Made by a program: the position numbers and the translations under genes. 64,000 bases of DNA from Mobula hypostoma (Eukaryota), in assembly GCF_963921235.1 (NCBI RefSeq), contig NC_086101.1, positions 46,934,001 through 46,998,000 of the forward strand, written 5' to 3'. Position 1 is the stretch's first letter. The number at the start of each line of letters is the position of its first letter. Shown in pieces: positions 36,076 to 49,069 of this stretch. The notes under the pieces were generated by a model. That model was not told where the DNA came from and made no database searches. It worked only from the letters and a program-made list of their open reading frames with translations.

Positions 36076-36327
36076 ATGTCTCGAAAGAACTGTAAAGATG
36101 AGAACAAAGCCCATGTATCCAGCTCCTTTGAGTCTGAGGATATTAGTTTGGAAACAACTGTGCCAACCGATGATGTATCTTCATCAGAAGAGAGGGAAGC
36201 TTCAACCAAAGTCACGAAGCAACTCATTGAGAGGAAGGAGCTTCTTCACAACTTACAGCTGTTGAAGATTGAGTTATCGCAAAAAAATTTGGTGATTGAC
36301 AACCTGAAAGTAGAATATCTCACGAAA
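36076..36327 (+). CDS. PIBF1: PIBF1 (CEP90) first coding exon; exon acceptor at 36033-36034, 5'UTR part 36035-36075
   Basis: [41 protein letters not shown]...[40 protein letters not shown] then GTAAGT; recognisable PIBF1 N-terminus; conserved head-to-head synteny with DIS3. Confidence 0.96.
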
Positions 36328-37456
36328 GTAAGTTGTTAAGTTCCACCTTCGAGACTATTTCATTGCTTTGGATTGTGATTTGTTAAGGATAAATAAAAAT
36401 CAGAAAAATGGTATTCTGAAAAAAATTAGAAAAAACTTGAAACACTTGTCAGGTCAAGAAGATTTCTGTTCAAAGATCATTCTTCAAAACTAGAGCAGTG
36501 AGCCGATAAGTGGTTTCAAGTTGCAGATAGGCTGGGAGAGGGATGGAAAAGGCAAAGGAAATAAAATATGAAACTTTCCTTAAAGAATAATAAAGACAGC
36601 TGGTGCTATGTTTATAGGGAAGCATAAAAATAGGATAAAGAATAGGAGGGTGTGTTGAAAGTTGTGAGATGACATGAGGTGGTCCGTAGATGGAGTCTAA
36701 ACACTGGCATTAGCTACTCAGGCCAAATTTCCTTTCCATATAACTGTTAAAGCCCATTCTATCAAATGTTGAGTGCATAAAGCAATTGCCATAACTGTTT
36801 TTATATTGAATACTGAGAAGCTGCCTTTTTGGGGGGAAAAGCTTCAGAATAGTAACAAAAACACTCTGTGTTGCTTTGGATTTCCAACATCTGCAGATTT
36901 TCCTGTGTTTGCAATTTTTCTTTCTCCTTAGTTTAAATAGAAAAATAAATTTAGTTATGTGGCTATTTTCTATGTCCCTAGATATCTTATAGAAAGGGTA
37001 TTCAAAGTGACAAAGGTTCAATTCCCATCGCTGTCTATAAGGAGTTTCTACATTATCACCATGACCATGGTGTTTCCTCCGGGTGGTCTGGTTTCCTCCC
37101 ACGTTCCAAAGACATAGAGTTAGTAAGTTAATTGGCCGCATGGGTGTAACTGAGCGATGTGGGCTGAAGGACGTGTCACCGTGCTGTATCTTTATATGAG
37201 TGATTGGTTTCCAACCATGCTTTATTAATTCAGTTATGCTGTTGGGTATTTAATACTCTGCAATAAGTGTTTCTTTAATTACATCATACAATTGAGTATT
37301 TCACTGTTTTTCTGTTTAAATTAAAAATTCAGTTGATTGATAAGTTAGGCTTGTTGAAAGAGCGAATGGATTTGTCTTGAGAACATTCTAGCAAGAGCGC
37401 AGGGAAAAAGAATGGGGACCCATTTTCTACAGAGAGGCCGGGATTGAAGAAGGAAA

Positions 37457-38370
37457 ATGGAAATGGACACCAAACATAGTGAAATGCTCACAGAACCCAT
37501 TTGGAAGGACAGGTACTGCTGTCGGAAAATCCTCATGCACACAAAGTTCTATTCAGAATGTTCAAAGGAACATCTAAACAAGCCTGATGCATTTTGGAAA
37601 CAAGTCCTGTGGACTGATGAAGTTAAAATAGAACTTTTTGGCTGCAATGAGCAAAGGTATGTTTGGAGAAAAAAGGGTGCAGAAGTTCATCTAAAAAACC
37701 CCTCTCTAACTGTTAAGCACAGGGGATGGATTGATCATGCTTTGGGCTTGTGTTGCAGCCGGTGGCACGGGGAACATTTACTGGTAGAGGGAAGAATGAA
37801 TTCAATTAAATACCAGCAAATTCTGGAAGCAAGCATCACACCATCTGTAAAAAAGCTGAAGATGAAAAGAGAGTGGCTTCTACAACAGGATAATGAACCT
37901 AAACACACCTCAAAATCCACAATGGACTGCCGCAAGAGGTGCAAGCTGATGGTTTTGCCATGGCCCTCACAGTCCCCTGACCCAAACATCATCGAAAATC
38001 TGTGGATAGACTTCAAAAGAGCAGTGCATGCAAGACGACCCAAGAATCTTACAGAACTAGAAGCCTTTTGCAAGGAAGAATGGGTGAAAATCCCCCAAAC
38101 AAGAATTGCAAGACTCTTTGCTGGCTACAAAAAGCGTTTACAAGTTATGATACTTGCCAAAGGGGGCATTACTAAGTATTGCCATGCAGGGTGCGCAAGC
38201 ACTTGCTTTGGGCCCTTTTCCTTTTTTGTTATCTTGAAACTGTAAAAGATGGAAATAAAAAAGTTTTCTTAAAGTATTAAAGAAATGTGTCATCTTTAAC
38301 TTTATGCCTTTTGGAAATCAGTTCATCTTTTACTCACTTAGCTATTCACAGTAACAGAAATTTTGACCAG
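37457..38370 (+). mobile_element. Tc1-like transposase fragment with truncated right end
   Basis: VLWTDEVKIELF, QQDNEPKH, WPSQSPDPNIIENLW = Tc1-type DDE catalytic domain; abuts an RTE 3' end. Confidence 0.9.
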
Positions 38371-40321
38371 GCGTCTCCAGTTGTCCATCGAAATCCGATG
38401 ACAATGTCCACTCCTTTAACGGTGAGATCTTTGATGACTATACAGTTCTATCCTGGACCCGGGACAGGTATATGTGGTAGTGGGTAGTACTGGTGGCAAC
38501 CATGGCTGCATTTCTCCAGGCTCTCTTCTGCTGTCTTCTAGTTGTTCTTTCCATTTCCAGAATATGAATCCTGTCCCTACACAGCTGTCGCCAAGTGGTA
38601 TGGTCAGCAGCAACATCCTCCAGGTCCTCGGGTCTGATCTTGCACTTCCTTAAAGCATTCTTCATCTGATCCTTATAGCGCTTCTTTGGCCCTCCAGCTG
38701 AGCATTGCCCATGATGTAGCTGGCCGTATAACACTCTGCGGGGTAGCCGACTTGGGGCATCCTTATCACGTGCCCCAGCCACTGCAGCTGACGCTGGATG
38801 ACCATGGCCTCAATACTTCTGCAGTTGGTTTTTTCAAGTATTTCAGTGTGAGGCACCCGCTCACGCCAGGTAATTCCCAGGATGCGCTGGAGGCAGCTCA
38901 TGTGGAAGCGCTCCAAGGACTTGATGTGATGGCTGTAGGTTACCCAAGCTTCACAGCTATAAAGGAGGGTGGTGACACAGACCGCTTGGTATATGGCGAC
39001 CTTTGTGGAGGGAGGAAGGCTTCTGTTCTGAAAGACTCTATACCGAAGTCTCCCAAAGGCAGCAGATGCCTGTTTAATGTGGCTCTGGATGTTGTCGTCA
39101 ATGCCGCTATCCTCAGAGAGAATGCTCCCCAGATATTTGAAAGATGGCACCACTGACAACTTTTCATCACCAACAGTGAAGGCAGGTAGAGTGGTTGGGA
39201 TACTGGTACTCCAATGGCAAACCACTTCTGTCTTGGTGGTATTGACAGTCAGCCCCATCCTGCTGTATGCTCTCACCACCACAGCAAGGACAGTCTGAAG
39301 ATCCTCTGGAGTATGGGCCACAAGAGCGCAGTCGTCGGCATATTGCAGCTCCAGGACTCGCTCTCTACGGAGTTTGTGGTTGCATGGAGCCTCCTGATGT
39401 CAAAGTGGTTGCTATCTAATCTGACGTCCACTGCCACACCACTGTTGTCTTCAATCTCGTTGTGGAGAAGCTTGGTAACACACAAGAGGAAGATGTTAAA
39501 GAGCACTGGCCCTAGCGCACACACCCCTGCCTCACCCCTGTGCGTACAAGGAAGGGCTCGAACTCTTGTCCTCTTATGGTCACCCGAGCAGTCATCCCAT
39601 CGTGGAACTGGCAGAGGATGTTAACAAATTTATTGGGACAGCCAAACCTGAGGAGGACATCCCATAAGAGCTCTCTTTGCACAGTGTCGAATGCTTTGGA
39701 GAAGTCGACAAAGGCCATAAACAGGTCCTGATGTTGCTCCCGGCACTTTTCCTGAAGCTGCCGGGCTATGAAGATCATGTCGATCATGCTCCTGTTCTTC
39801 CTAAATCCATACTGCAATTCAGGCAGCATTGACTCGGTGATGTTGCTGATGAGTTTCTGAAGCATCACCTTAGCCAGGACCTTTCCAGCAACAGAAAGGA
39901 ATGATATGCCTCGACTATTGCCACAGATGGCCTTGTCACCCTTGTTCTTATAAATGACAACGATGTTTGCATTTCTCTATAGCTGTGGGATGTTCTCTTC
40001 AGTCCAGGCCTTGGTGATGAACTGGTTAAGGGAATGGACAGCTGATGGAACATCCTGGAAGGTTGGTGGTAGACTGAGGTCGTGGATAGGAGGAAGTTCA
40101 GGCAGTTCATCCAGGATGGTGGGGTCTTCGTCAGAGTCCTGATTAAGCAGGGTGTTAAGATGCTCAGCCCACCTCAGCAGAATTGTATTCTGATTCTTTA
40201 GAAGTGTAAGACCATCTGCTGTTTTCAGGGGAGTAACGCATCGATTTATTGGCGCAGATGGTTTTGACAGCGTTCTAAAAATTATGCACGTCATTATTAT
40301 CGGCAAAGGACTGGATTTCAT
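38371..40321 (-). mobile_element. 5'-truncated, frameshifted RTE-clade LINE
   Basis: FVDFSKAFDTV, TGVRQGC, LQYADDCAL and FKYLGS distributed over several frames. Confidence 0.92.
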
Positions 40322-40404
40322 GTGCCTCCTTCAGTCCACCACTCATTTTGTGTGGGTGTGTGTGTATACACACACACACACTTACTTTAAAATATTTTTA
40401 TCAA

Positions 40405-42130
40405 TACAATTTTGATCAGTCTTTACGGTGGAAGACATTAGCAACATACCTGATAGCCAGAGGTCTCAGGGAATAGAATTGGGTACAGTCAAGATTCCTA
40501 GAGAGAAAGTGCTTGGGAAGCTAAAAGGACTAAGAATAGATAAGTCTTCCAGACTGGATGAGGTGCACCCATGGGTTCTGAAGGAAGTGGCTTTGGAGAT
40601 TGTGGAGGCATTGGAAATGATCTTCCAGGAATCAATAGACTCTGGCATGGTTCCGGAGGACTGGAAGGTCGCAAATGTAGTTCTGCTGTTTAAGAAAGGA
40701 GGGAGGCAGCAAAAAGAAAATTACGGCCTATTAGTCTGACATAGGTAGTTGGAAAGTTATTGGAGTCGATCCTCAAGGACGAGATTATGAAATACCTTGA
40801 GGTGCATGACAAGATAGGCCCAAACCAGCATGGTTTCATGCAGGGAAGATCCTGCCTCACCAACCTATTGGAATTTTTTTGAGGTAATCTCAAAAGAGAT
40901 TGACAAGGGAGAGGCTGTGGATGTTGTGTATTTGGATTTTCAAAAGGTCTTCGATAAGGTGCCGCATAAGAGGCTGCTTAATAAGATGAGAGCCCATGGA
41001 ATTACAGGAAAAATTTTGAAATGGGTGGAGCATTGGCTGATAGGCAGAAAGCAAAGGGTGGGAATAAAGGGATCCGATTCTGATTGGTTGCTGGTTACTG
41101 GTGGTGTTCCGCAGGGGTTGGTGTTGGGGCCGCTTCTTTTTACAATGTATATCGATGATTTAGATTATGGATTAAATGGTTTTGTGGCTAAGTTTGCGGA
41201 TGACACCAAGATAGGTGGAGGAGCAGGAAGTGTTGAAGAAATGGAAAGGTTGCAGAGAGACTTGGTCAGTTTAGGAGAGTGGGCAAAGAAACGGCAGTTG
41301 AGGTACAATGTTGAGAAATGTACGGTTGTGCATTTTCGAAGAAGAAATAATCAGGCAGATTATTACTTAGATGGGGAGAAAATTCAAATATCGGAAGTGC
41401 TAGGGGATTTGGACTTGGGGGTCCTCGTACAGGATACCCTAAAGGTTAACCACCAGGTTGGGTTGGCAGTAAGGAAAGCGAATGCTATGTTGGCATTCAT
41501 TTTAAGAGGAATAGTGTATAAGAGTAAGGGGGTGTTGATGAGGCTCTATGGGGCACTGGTGAGACCTCATCTGGAATACTGTGTGCAGTTTTGGGCCTCC
41601 TATCTTAGAAGGGATGTACTGATGTTGGAGAGAGTTCAGAGAAGATTTACGAGGATGATTCCTGCAATGCAGGGGCTAACCTATGAGGAGTGTTTGTTGG
41701 CTCTTGGACTGTATTCATTAGAGTATGGAAGAATGAGAGGGGATCATAGAAACATTTCGAATGTTGAAAGGGTTGGACAGAGTAGATGTGGAAAGGCTGT
41801 TTCCCTTGGCGGGTGAGTCCAGGACAAGAAGCCATAGTCTTAGAATTGGAGGGTACCCATTTAAGACAGAGATGAGGAGAAATTTTTTTAGCCAGAGGGT
41901 CGTGGATTTACGGAATTCGTTGCCACATACAGCTGTGGAGGCCTGATCATTGGGGGTGTTTAAGGAGAAGATTGATAGATATCTAATTAGTCAGGGTGTC
42001 AAGGGATATGGGGAAAAAGCCAGAAATTGGAACTAGTTGGGAGAATAGTTTAGCTCATGGTGGAGTGGCTGAGCAGACTCGATGGGCCAAGTGGCCTTCT
42101 TCTGCTCCTTTGTCTTGTGATCTTGATCTA
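40405..42130 (+). mobile_element. 5'-truncated CR1 LINE
   Basis: ORF 40830..41816 with YLDFQKVFDKV, GVPQG, KFADD, RPHLEYCVQFW; CR1-like 3' end TCTTGTGATCTTGATCT. Confidence 0.92.
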
Positions 42131-43134
42131 AGTTTCTACTGGTGTGAGTTAAATTATAGCTTGCTGGCAAACAGTAAATTTGCATTGGTGTATAATATAA
42201 GCAGTACTGTTACTCATATAAGTAACAGTACTGCTTTCCCTTAAAGAACATACGAACTTCTATGTGTTGTGTTTACCCAAATCATATTTACTCTAACATG
42301 CTTATTTATTGGTAATGGTCTTCTCATCGTTATCTTCCATGCATTTCAGAGCTACGTTGCTGTTAGGTTGAATTCAAGATGATAGCTAACTCATTATTAA
42401 CCTACAGTGAGAGAGTAACACAAGTAAAATAAAAAAAATACATCATTCCCAGTGTTGAAAAGAATTTGTTTTGTGAGTTGAGTGACAGAATGAATACCCA
42501 GGATGAGGCAAGGAATGAGTCCCTGTCATGGAGCAGAAGGACAGAGGCACAAATAAGATGAAAAGCCTCAGTCTTCAGTTTCAGGCCGAAGTGTGAAGGG
42601 AAAGATTTAAAAGGGAACTACAATTTTTTGAAATAGAGAATGGGGTGCATATGGAGCAAGCTGGCAGAGGAACTGAAGAGATGGATACAATTATAATATT
42701 TAAAAGACATTTTGACAGGTACAGGATAAGAAAGGTTTGGGGATATGGACCAAGCAAAGATAAATAGGATTCACAGAGTTGGATAACTTGTTCAGCATGA
42801 GCGATTCGGGCTGAAGGGCCTGTTTCCGAATCCTAAAACTTTATGTCTAATACTGAAATATGATAACATGACTCTATGCCCAAATCTGTTTTTCTTATTT
42901 GGGAGCTGAATGTGAGCAGTCCCTCTGAAACTGCTGGTCATAGCCAGTGAGCTTTTGGACCTGTTAACCAGGGATGCATTTTACAGTTATTAACCTCTTT
43001 TTAGAGAGTTCAGGCTTTTTGAAAATTTTGCAGCGAAACATTGCTTTGAACCATCCAAGTTCAGTCCAGACTACCCACCCTCTATCTACACATCCACAAA
43101 TGCACTTCTCCTTCCATGTTTCTTTGTGACGTAG

Positions 43135-43235
43135 ATAGAAGATTTGGAGGAACGATTGAATGATTCTCTTCACCAGAAACAATTACTACAAGTCCGTTTG
43201 GAAAATCAACTGAAAGTTCAGCAGGATGATGCCAG
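43135..43235 (+). CDS. PIBF1: PIBF1 coding exon 2
   Basis: Hand translation [33 protein letters not shown](R); TAG/GTGAGT; 101 nt. Confidence 0.95.
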
Positions 43236-45243
43236 GTGAGTTTGCTGTGCTTCAACATTTAGCATCCTTATACCCAGTTATGCAAATATTAACCTTCGGT
43301 TTTCATTAGGTTTAAGTTTCCTATACTCACATGTTCAGTGAAAGGCTTGTCTTTTACACTGTTCGTACAGATGAATTCATTACAATGGTTCACTACTGTG
43401 ATGGATATTCACTTTCCAGGACCCGAGAAGCTTATTGCTTTCTAGCACAGCAACATGACTGTCCAAAGGGTCAGAGTTGCTTGCAACAAAGATAAATTTC
43501 CAACCAATGCTCCTTTTGGTACTTGTTGTAAACAAGAAAACTGAGGTCTTGTAATTGGCACAAGACAATGGGGTTATGTAAATTGGCCTACATCAAACCA
43601 GAGAACACCTGCTAAGTTATTTACACTATAGTGACCAAGTTCAAAGAAGTTTGCAGACCAGACTGATTTTGTCACTTATCACATTTAACATGGTCATCGT
43701 AATAGCTGATCAACCAATAGATGGGATGGTTGAGTACTCAGAAAGTTAGCTCTCACAGCATTAATTTTGGGTGTCTGGGACCTCTGTCCCCAGTAGTTTT
43801 TGGACTATTTATGTGAATTACATTGTCCAGGCAAAGTTATCTGGAAAAGCATCACATGCAAAATAATGTCAACTTGTAGCAGAACAGTATAAATGTTAGA
43901 CATTGGGGATTGTTAGGAGAGTAGAGTGACAGAAATACTGGGTAACAGAAAGAAAAAAACTATTGGACACTAGTTGGTATGTTTTTTTAGTTAATAAGAA
44001 TTGTTTGGAAATCCTTTGTAAATGTTCTGTAATTTGGAAATCTTTTATAAATCAGAAATGCTTTGTGTGTTAAATGTCTGTGAATTATTCATTGAAATTT
44101 AAATGTGTAATTAAAAATAAAATAAACTGTTTCAACTATTTTGTTAACTTGAACTATCTCCAACTAGTAGATATTGGCAGCTAGACCTCGCCACAGAAAC
44201 TAGTCTTTAAAGAGTAGATTGATGTAGTGTAACCTCTCTATAGTGAAGGTACATTTGGATACCTAAATTGGATAGGGCTTAAAATCTCCTTTTGTGTTCA
44301 GGGCTTTGCAGACAGTAAAGCCAATACCATCGCTGTACAAGGTAATTCAATTACAGAATGCAAAATAGTGTACAGAGAGTGTGCACTGCAAGTAGACAAG
44401 AAGTTGCAAGGTCTTAACAAGGTAGATTGTGCTAGGGAACCATTTAATTGTCCTATAACTGCTGGATAGAAGCTGTCCTTGAGCTGGGTGGTCCATGCTT
44501 TCAGGCTCTTACATCTTCTGCTGGACTGGAGTGGGGAGGAGAGACAATGTCCGGATGGATGGGGTCTTTGATTTTGCTAGCTTCTTTACTGAGGCAGCAA
44601 GAAGTATAGACAGAATTCTTGGCGGTGTCTACAAGACTCTTGCAGTCACAGATAGAGTAGTTGCCAAGCCATGATGCACCTGGAAAGGATGTCTTCTACG
44701 GTGCATTGATAAAAATTGCTAAGGATCGATCGGCACTTGCAAAAATTCTTTAGCCTCTTGAAGAATTAGAGGCATTGGTGAGCTTTCTTGGCCACATGGC
44801 TGGACAACGACAATTTATTGGTGATGCTCACTCTTGGGAGAGTGAAGCTCTAAACCTTAGCACTGTTGATGTAGACAGGAGAATGTGCAATGCCTCCCTT
44901 CATGAAATGAATGACTATCTCTTTTTTGCAACTCAGACAAAATATCTGTGGGGTAATAAAGCAATGTTTCAATATATAATGAAATGTTGAGAAATCTTTG
45001 CTCTTGTGAACTAATCTAAATAAGGACACATTTAGTGCACTTCAAGCTAATCAGCTAAGCTGGAAGAACAGAAATCAGAATTTGCAAGAAATATGCAAGT
45101 TTGGGATCTCTGTTTGATAATGAAATCACTTTTGATCCATCCCTGTCAATGTTAGGTACGTATTTACTCAAACAAAATGCATGCTTTTTTTTAGAATGGT
45201 AAGCAAAGTCTGTGCTAATAGATGATTTTGGTTTATGGAGCAG

Positions 45244-45442
45244 AAGACGCCAAGATCTAAGAAAGCAAGAAATGGAGACTATTTTAGAAAGGCAGAAACA
45301 ACTTGAACAGACAAATCAGCAGCTGCAAGAACGAGCAGGTGACATTCGCCGCAGTTTACGAGATTTGGATCTGACTGAAGATCAGTACTTGGAGTTAAAA
45401 GCTAGACCTGAAGATCAGCTTTCCATCCCAGAATATGTATCT
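45244..45442 (+). CDS. PIBF1: PIBF1 coding exon 3
   Basis: [66 protein letters not shown]; CAG/GTAAGT; 199 nt. Confidence 0.94.
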
Positions 45443-45869
45443 GTAAGTACAAGCAAAATGTATGTCACTGTAATGTCCTCATTTGACACAAAGAAGTATT
45501 GCAGAAAATATTTAATTGCCTTACACTGCAGTCATGTATAATTTCTATGAAAGTAATTGTGCAAATGGATTGAAATTATGTGGAGGAAAAAAATTAAAGA
45601 TGCAAATTTGGTTGGTTAGAATTGATATTTGTATTGATTATATTGAAACTGGAGAATGTAAAATAGGGCTGAGAACTAAATATGTTAAATGATGGACTGA
45701 GAAGACCTATGCAACTATCCCAACTGCAGTGGAGACAAAATATCTCACCTTGTTTAAGAATATCCAGATATTGGAAAGTAGTGGGATTTACCAGCTTAGT
45801 ATTATCTTTGGTGTAAGTTGTCTCCAATGTTGTAAATTTCCATGATTCAGTCTCTTGCTGACTGGTCTT

Positions 45870-47350
45870 CGTAAGATGTAAGAGCAAATTTAGAACATTT
45901 GACCCATTGAGTCTCCTCTGCTTTTCAATCATGGCTGATTTTTGTTTTCAATCTTGTTCTCCTGCCTTCTCTCCATAATCTTTACCAATCAATAACCTAT
46001 CAATCTCTGCTTTAAATACACCCTCTGTAGTAGCAAATTCGAGATTCACCACTCTCTGGCTGAAGAAATTCCTCCTCATCTCAGTTTAAGGAGACATCCT
46101 TTTATTCTGAGGCTATTCCTTCGCGCCCTAGATTCTCGTGCTAATGGAAGATCCTTTCCACGTCCACTCTGTCCAAGTCTTTCAGTATCAAAAGGTTTTA
46201 ATGAGATCTCCCGTCGTGCTACTGAACTCCCTTCAATTATAGATCCAGAACCATCAAACCCTCTTCATACGTTAAACCTTTCATTCCTGGGATCATTCTG
46301 AGTTCCCTCTAGATCCTCTTAAGGGCCAACACATCTTTTCTTAGATCTGATGTCTAAAATTGCTCACAGTATTCTAAATGCATTTTGACCAACACCTTAT
46401 AAAGACTCAGTAATACATTCTTGGTTTTCTGTTGTAGTCCTTTGGAAATGAATGCTAGCTTTGCACTTAACATCTGTACTACCAATTCAACTTGCAAATT
46501 AACCTTAAGGGGATCCTGAACTAGGCATACCAAATTCTTTTGCATCTCTGAATTTACCCCTAATTTAAAAACATAGTCTACACTTTATTCTTCCTACCAA
46601 AGTGCATAACCCCATACTTCCCTATGCTGTACTTCTTTGCCTACTCTCCCAACCTGTCTAAGTCTTTCTGCCGACTCCCTGACTTAGTGACACTATTTGT
46701 CCCTCTATCTACTGGACTGTACAAAGGTCTTAGGAACCCTAGATTTTTTAAATATGGTATGATTTCAGATGGTATGGCCTCCACAGAGCCCTGATCTCAA
46801 CATCATGGAGGTTGTCTGGATTACCTGGAGAGACAGAAGGAAGCGAGACAGCCAAAGTCTGTAGAAGAACTGTGTCAAGTTCTCCAAGACATTTGGAGCA
46901 ATGTACCAACCGATTTTCTTATATAACTGCACTACAGTGTGCCTAAGATAATTGAAGTAGTTTTAAAGGCAAAGGGTAGTCACACCAAATATCGATCTGA
47001 TTCCTTTTTTTTTTACTGATTACTGCTCTTTACAGTAATTTTTTTTGATATTTAGAAAGTTTTAATTTCATGATTTCTGAAAGCATTACAGATTTTTTTT
47101 TACATGTGCCGAAGACTTTTCCACAGTACTGTATCTGGTATCATCTGCAATGGTGGCCACAATCCCATCAATTCCTTCACCCAGACCATTGATGTATTAA
47201 GTGAAAAGTTGCAGTCCCAATACTGACTCCCTCAGAACTCCAGTAGTAACTAGCATCCATCCTGAAAAGGACCCCTTTATCCCCACTTTCTGCCTATTAG
47301 CCAATCTTCTATCCATGCTAGTATCCTGCTTTAACACCACGGGCTCTTGT
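45870..47350 (-). mobile_element. Degraded CR1 LINE with nested Tc1 derivative
   Basis: HLEYCEQF-type CR1 remnants on the minus strand. Confidence 0.7.
46710..47132 (+). mobile_element. Internally deleted Tc1-like element
   Basis: Encodes remnant WPPQSPDLNIMEVVW; right TIR GTGCCGAAGACTTTTCCACAGTACTG-TA and a degenerate left TIR. Confidence 0.7.
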
Positions 47351-47834
47351 TGTCTTCGTAAGCATAAGGACATCCAAGCTCTGCTACCTATATTCTAATT
47401 CCTATTACCTACTGCCCTTGGGTTTGCTGACATATATGCTGGGTCCTAGTTAAGCAGAGCCTTGATTTTAAAACTATCACCCTCGTTTCCAAATCCCTGT
47501 ATGGTTTTACACCTCCCAATCTCTCAGTGTCTTTCAGTTTTGTAACTGTTCAACATATCTGTGCTGCTCTAATTTTGGTAGCTTTTTTTATCCATAATTT
47601 TAATTGACCCATCATTGGGCCAAGACTTCAGCTGCTAAATCCCGAAGACTGGGAAATCTCTTCATAAATGTATGTACCTTTATTTCCCCTTTCAAACTGT
47701 TTTTAAAACTCGCTTGTCTGCCAAGGTTTTCACCATCTCTGCCAATATATCAACAACAATTTTTGTTTGATAAAACTCATGAAGTGACTTGAGTTACTAT
47801 ATCTACATTGTAGGTACTATTTAAATGTACATTG

Positions 47835-48998
47835 CAGGATGCTGTTCATCGACTGTAGCTCAGCATTTAATACCATCAATCCCACAATCCTATTGAGAAG
47901 TTGCAGAAGCTGAGCCTCTGTACCTCCCTCTGCAATTGGATCCTCAACTTCCTAACCGGAAGACCACGATCTGTGCGGATTGGTGGTAATACCTCCTCGC
48001 TGACGATCAACACTGGCGCACCTCAGGGGTGTGTACTTAGTCCACTGCTCTACTCTCTCTATACCCATAACTGTGTGGATAGGCATAGCTTAAATACCAT
48101 CTATAAATCTGCTGACGATACAACCATTGTGGGTAGAATCTCAGGTGGTGACAGGAGGGCGTACAGGAGTGAGATATGCCAACTAGTGGAGTGGTGTCAC
48201 AGCAACAACCTGGCACTCAGTGTCAGTAAGAGGAAAGAGCTGATTGTGGACTTCCGGAATTATAAGATGAAGGAACACATACCAATCCTCATAGAGGGAT
48301 CAGAAGTGGAGAGAGTGAGCAGTTTCAAGTTCCTGGGTGTTAAGATCTCTGAGGATCTAACCTGGTCCCAACATATTGATACAGATGTAATGAAGGCAAG
48401 TCAGCAGCTATACTTTATTAGGAGTTTGAAGAGATTTGGTATGTCAACAAATACACTCAAAACTTATGTGGATGTACCTTGGAGAGCATTCTGACAGACT
48501 GCATCACTGTGTGGTATGGGGGGGTGGGGGGTGCTACTGCACGGGACTGTAAGAAGCTGCAGAGGGTTGTAAAGTTAGTTAGCTCCATCTTGAGTATTAG
48601 CCTACAAAGTACCCAGCATATCTCCAAGGAGCGGTGTCTCAGGAAGGCAGCGCCCATTATTAAGGACCTCCAGCACCCAGAGCATGCCCTTTTCTCGCTG
48701 TTACCATCAGGTAGGAAGTACAGAAGCCTGAAGGCACGCACTCGGCAATTCAGGAACAGCTTTTTCCCCTCTGCCATCCGATTCCTAAATGGACATTGAA
48801 CCCTTGGACCCTACCTCACTTTTTTTAATATACAGTTTTTCTGTTTTTTGCACGATTTTTAATCTATTCAATATACATATACTGTAATGTATACGGAATA
48901 AGACATTTATTTTTCTTCTATATTATATATTGCATTGAACTGCTGCTAAGTTAACAAATTTCATGTCACATGCCGGTGATGATAAACCTGATTCTGAT
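47835..48998 (+). mobile_element. 5'-truncated Rex1/Babar-like non-LTR retrotransposon
   Basis: [36 protein letters not shown]; tail ATAAACCTGATTCTGATT. Confidence 0.85.
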
Positions 48999-49069
48999 TA
49001 TAAATTGTTATTGCTTATGTACAAAAATGTAAAAATCATTGCAAACGAGTTACCAATGGAAAGAACAGG

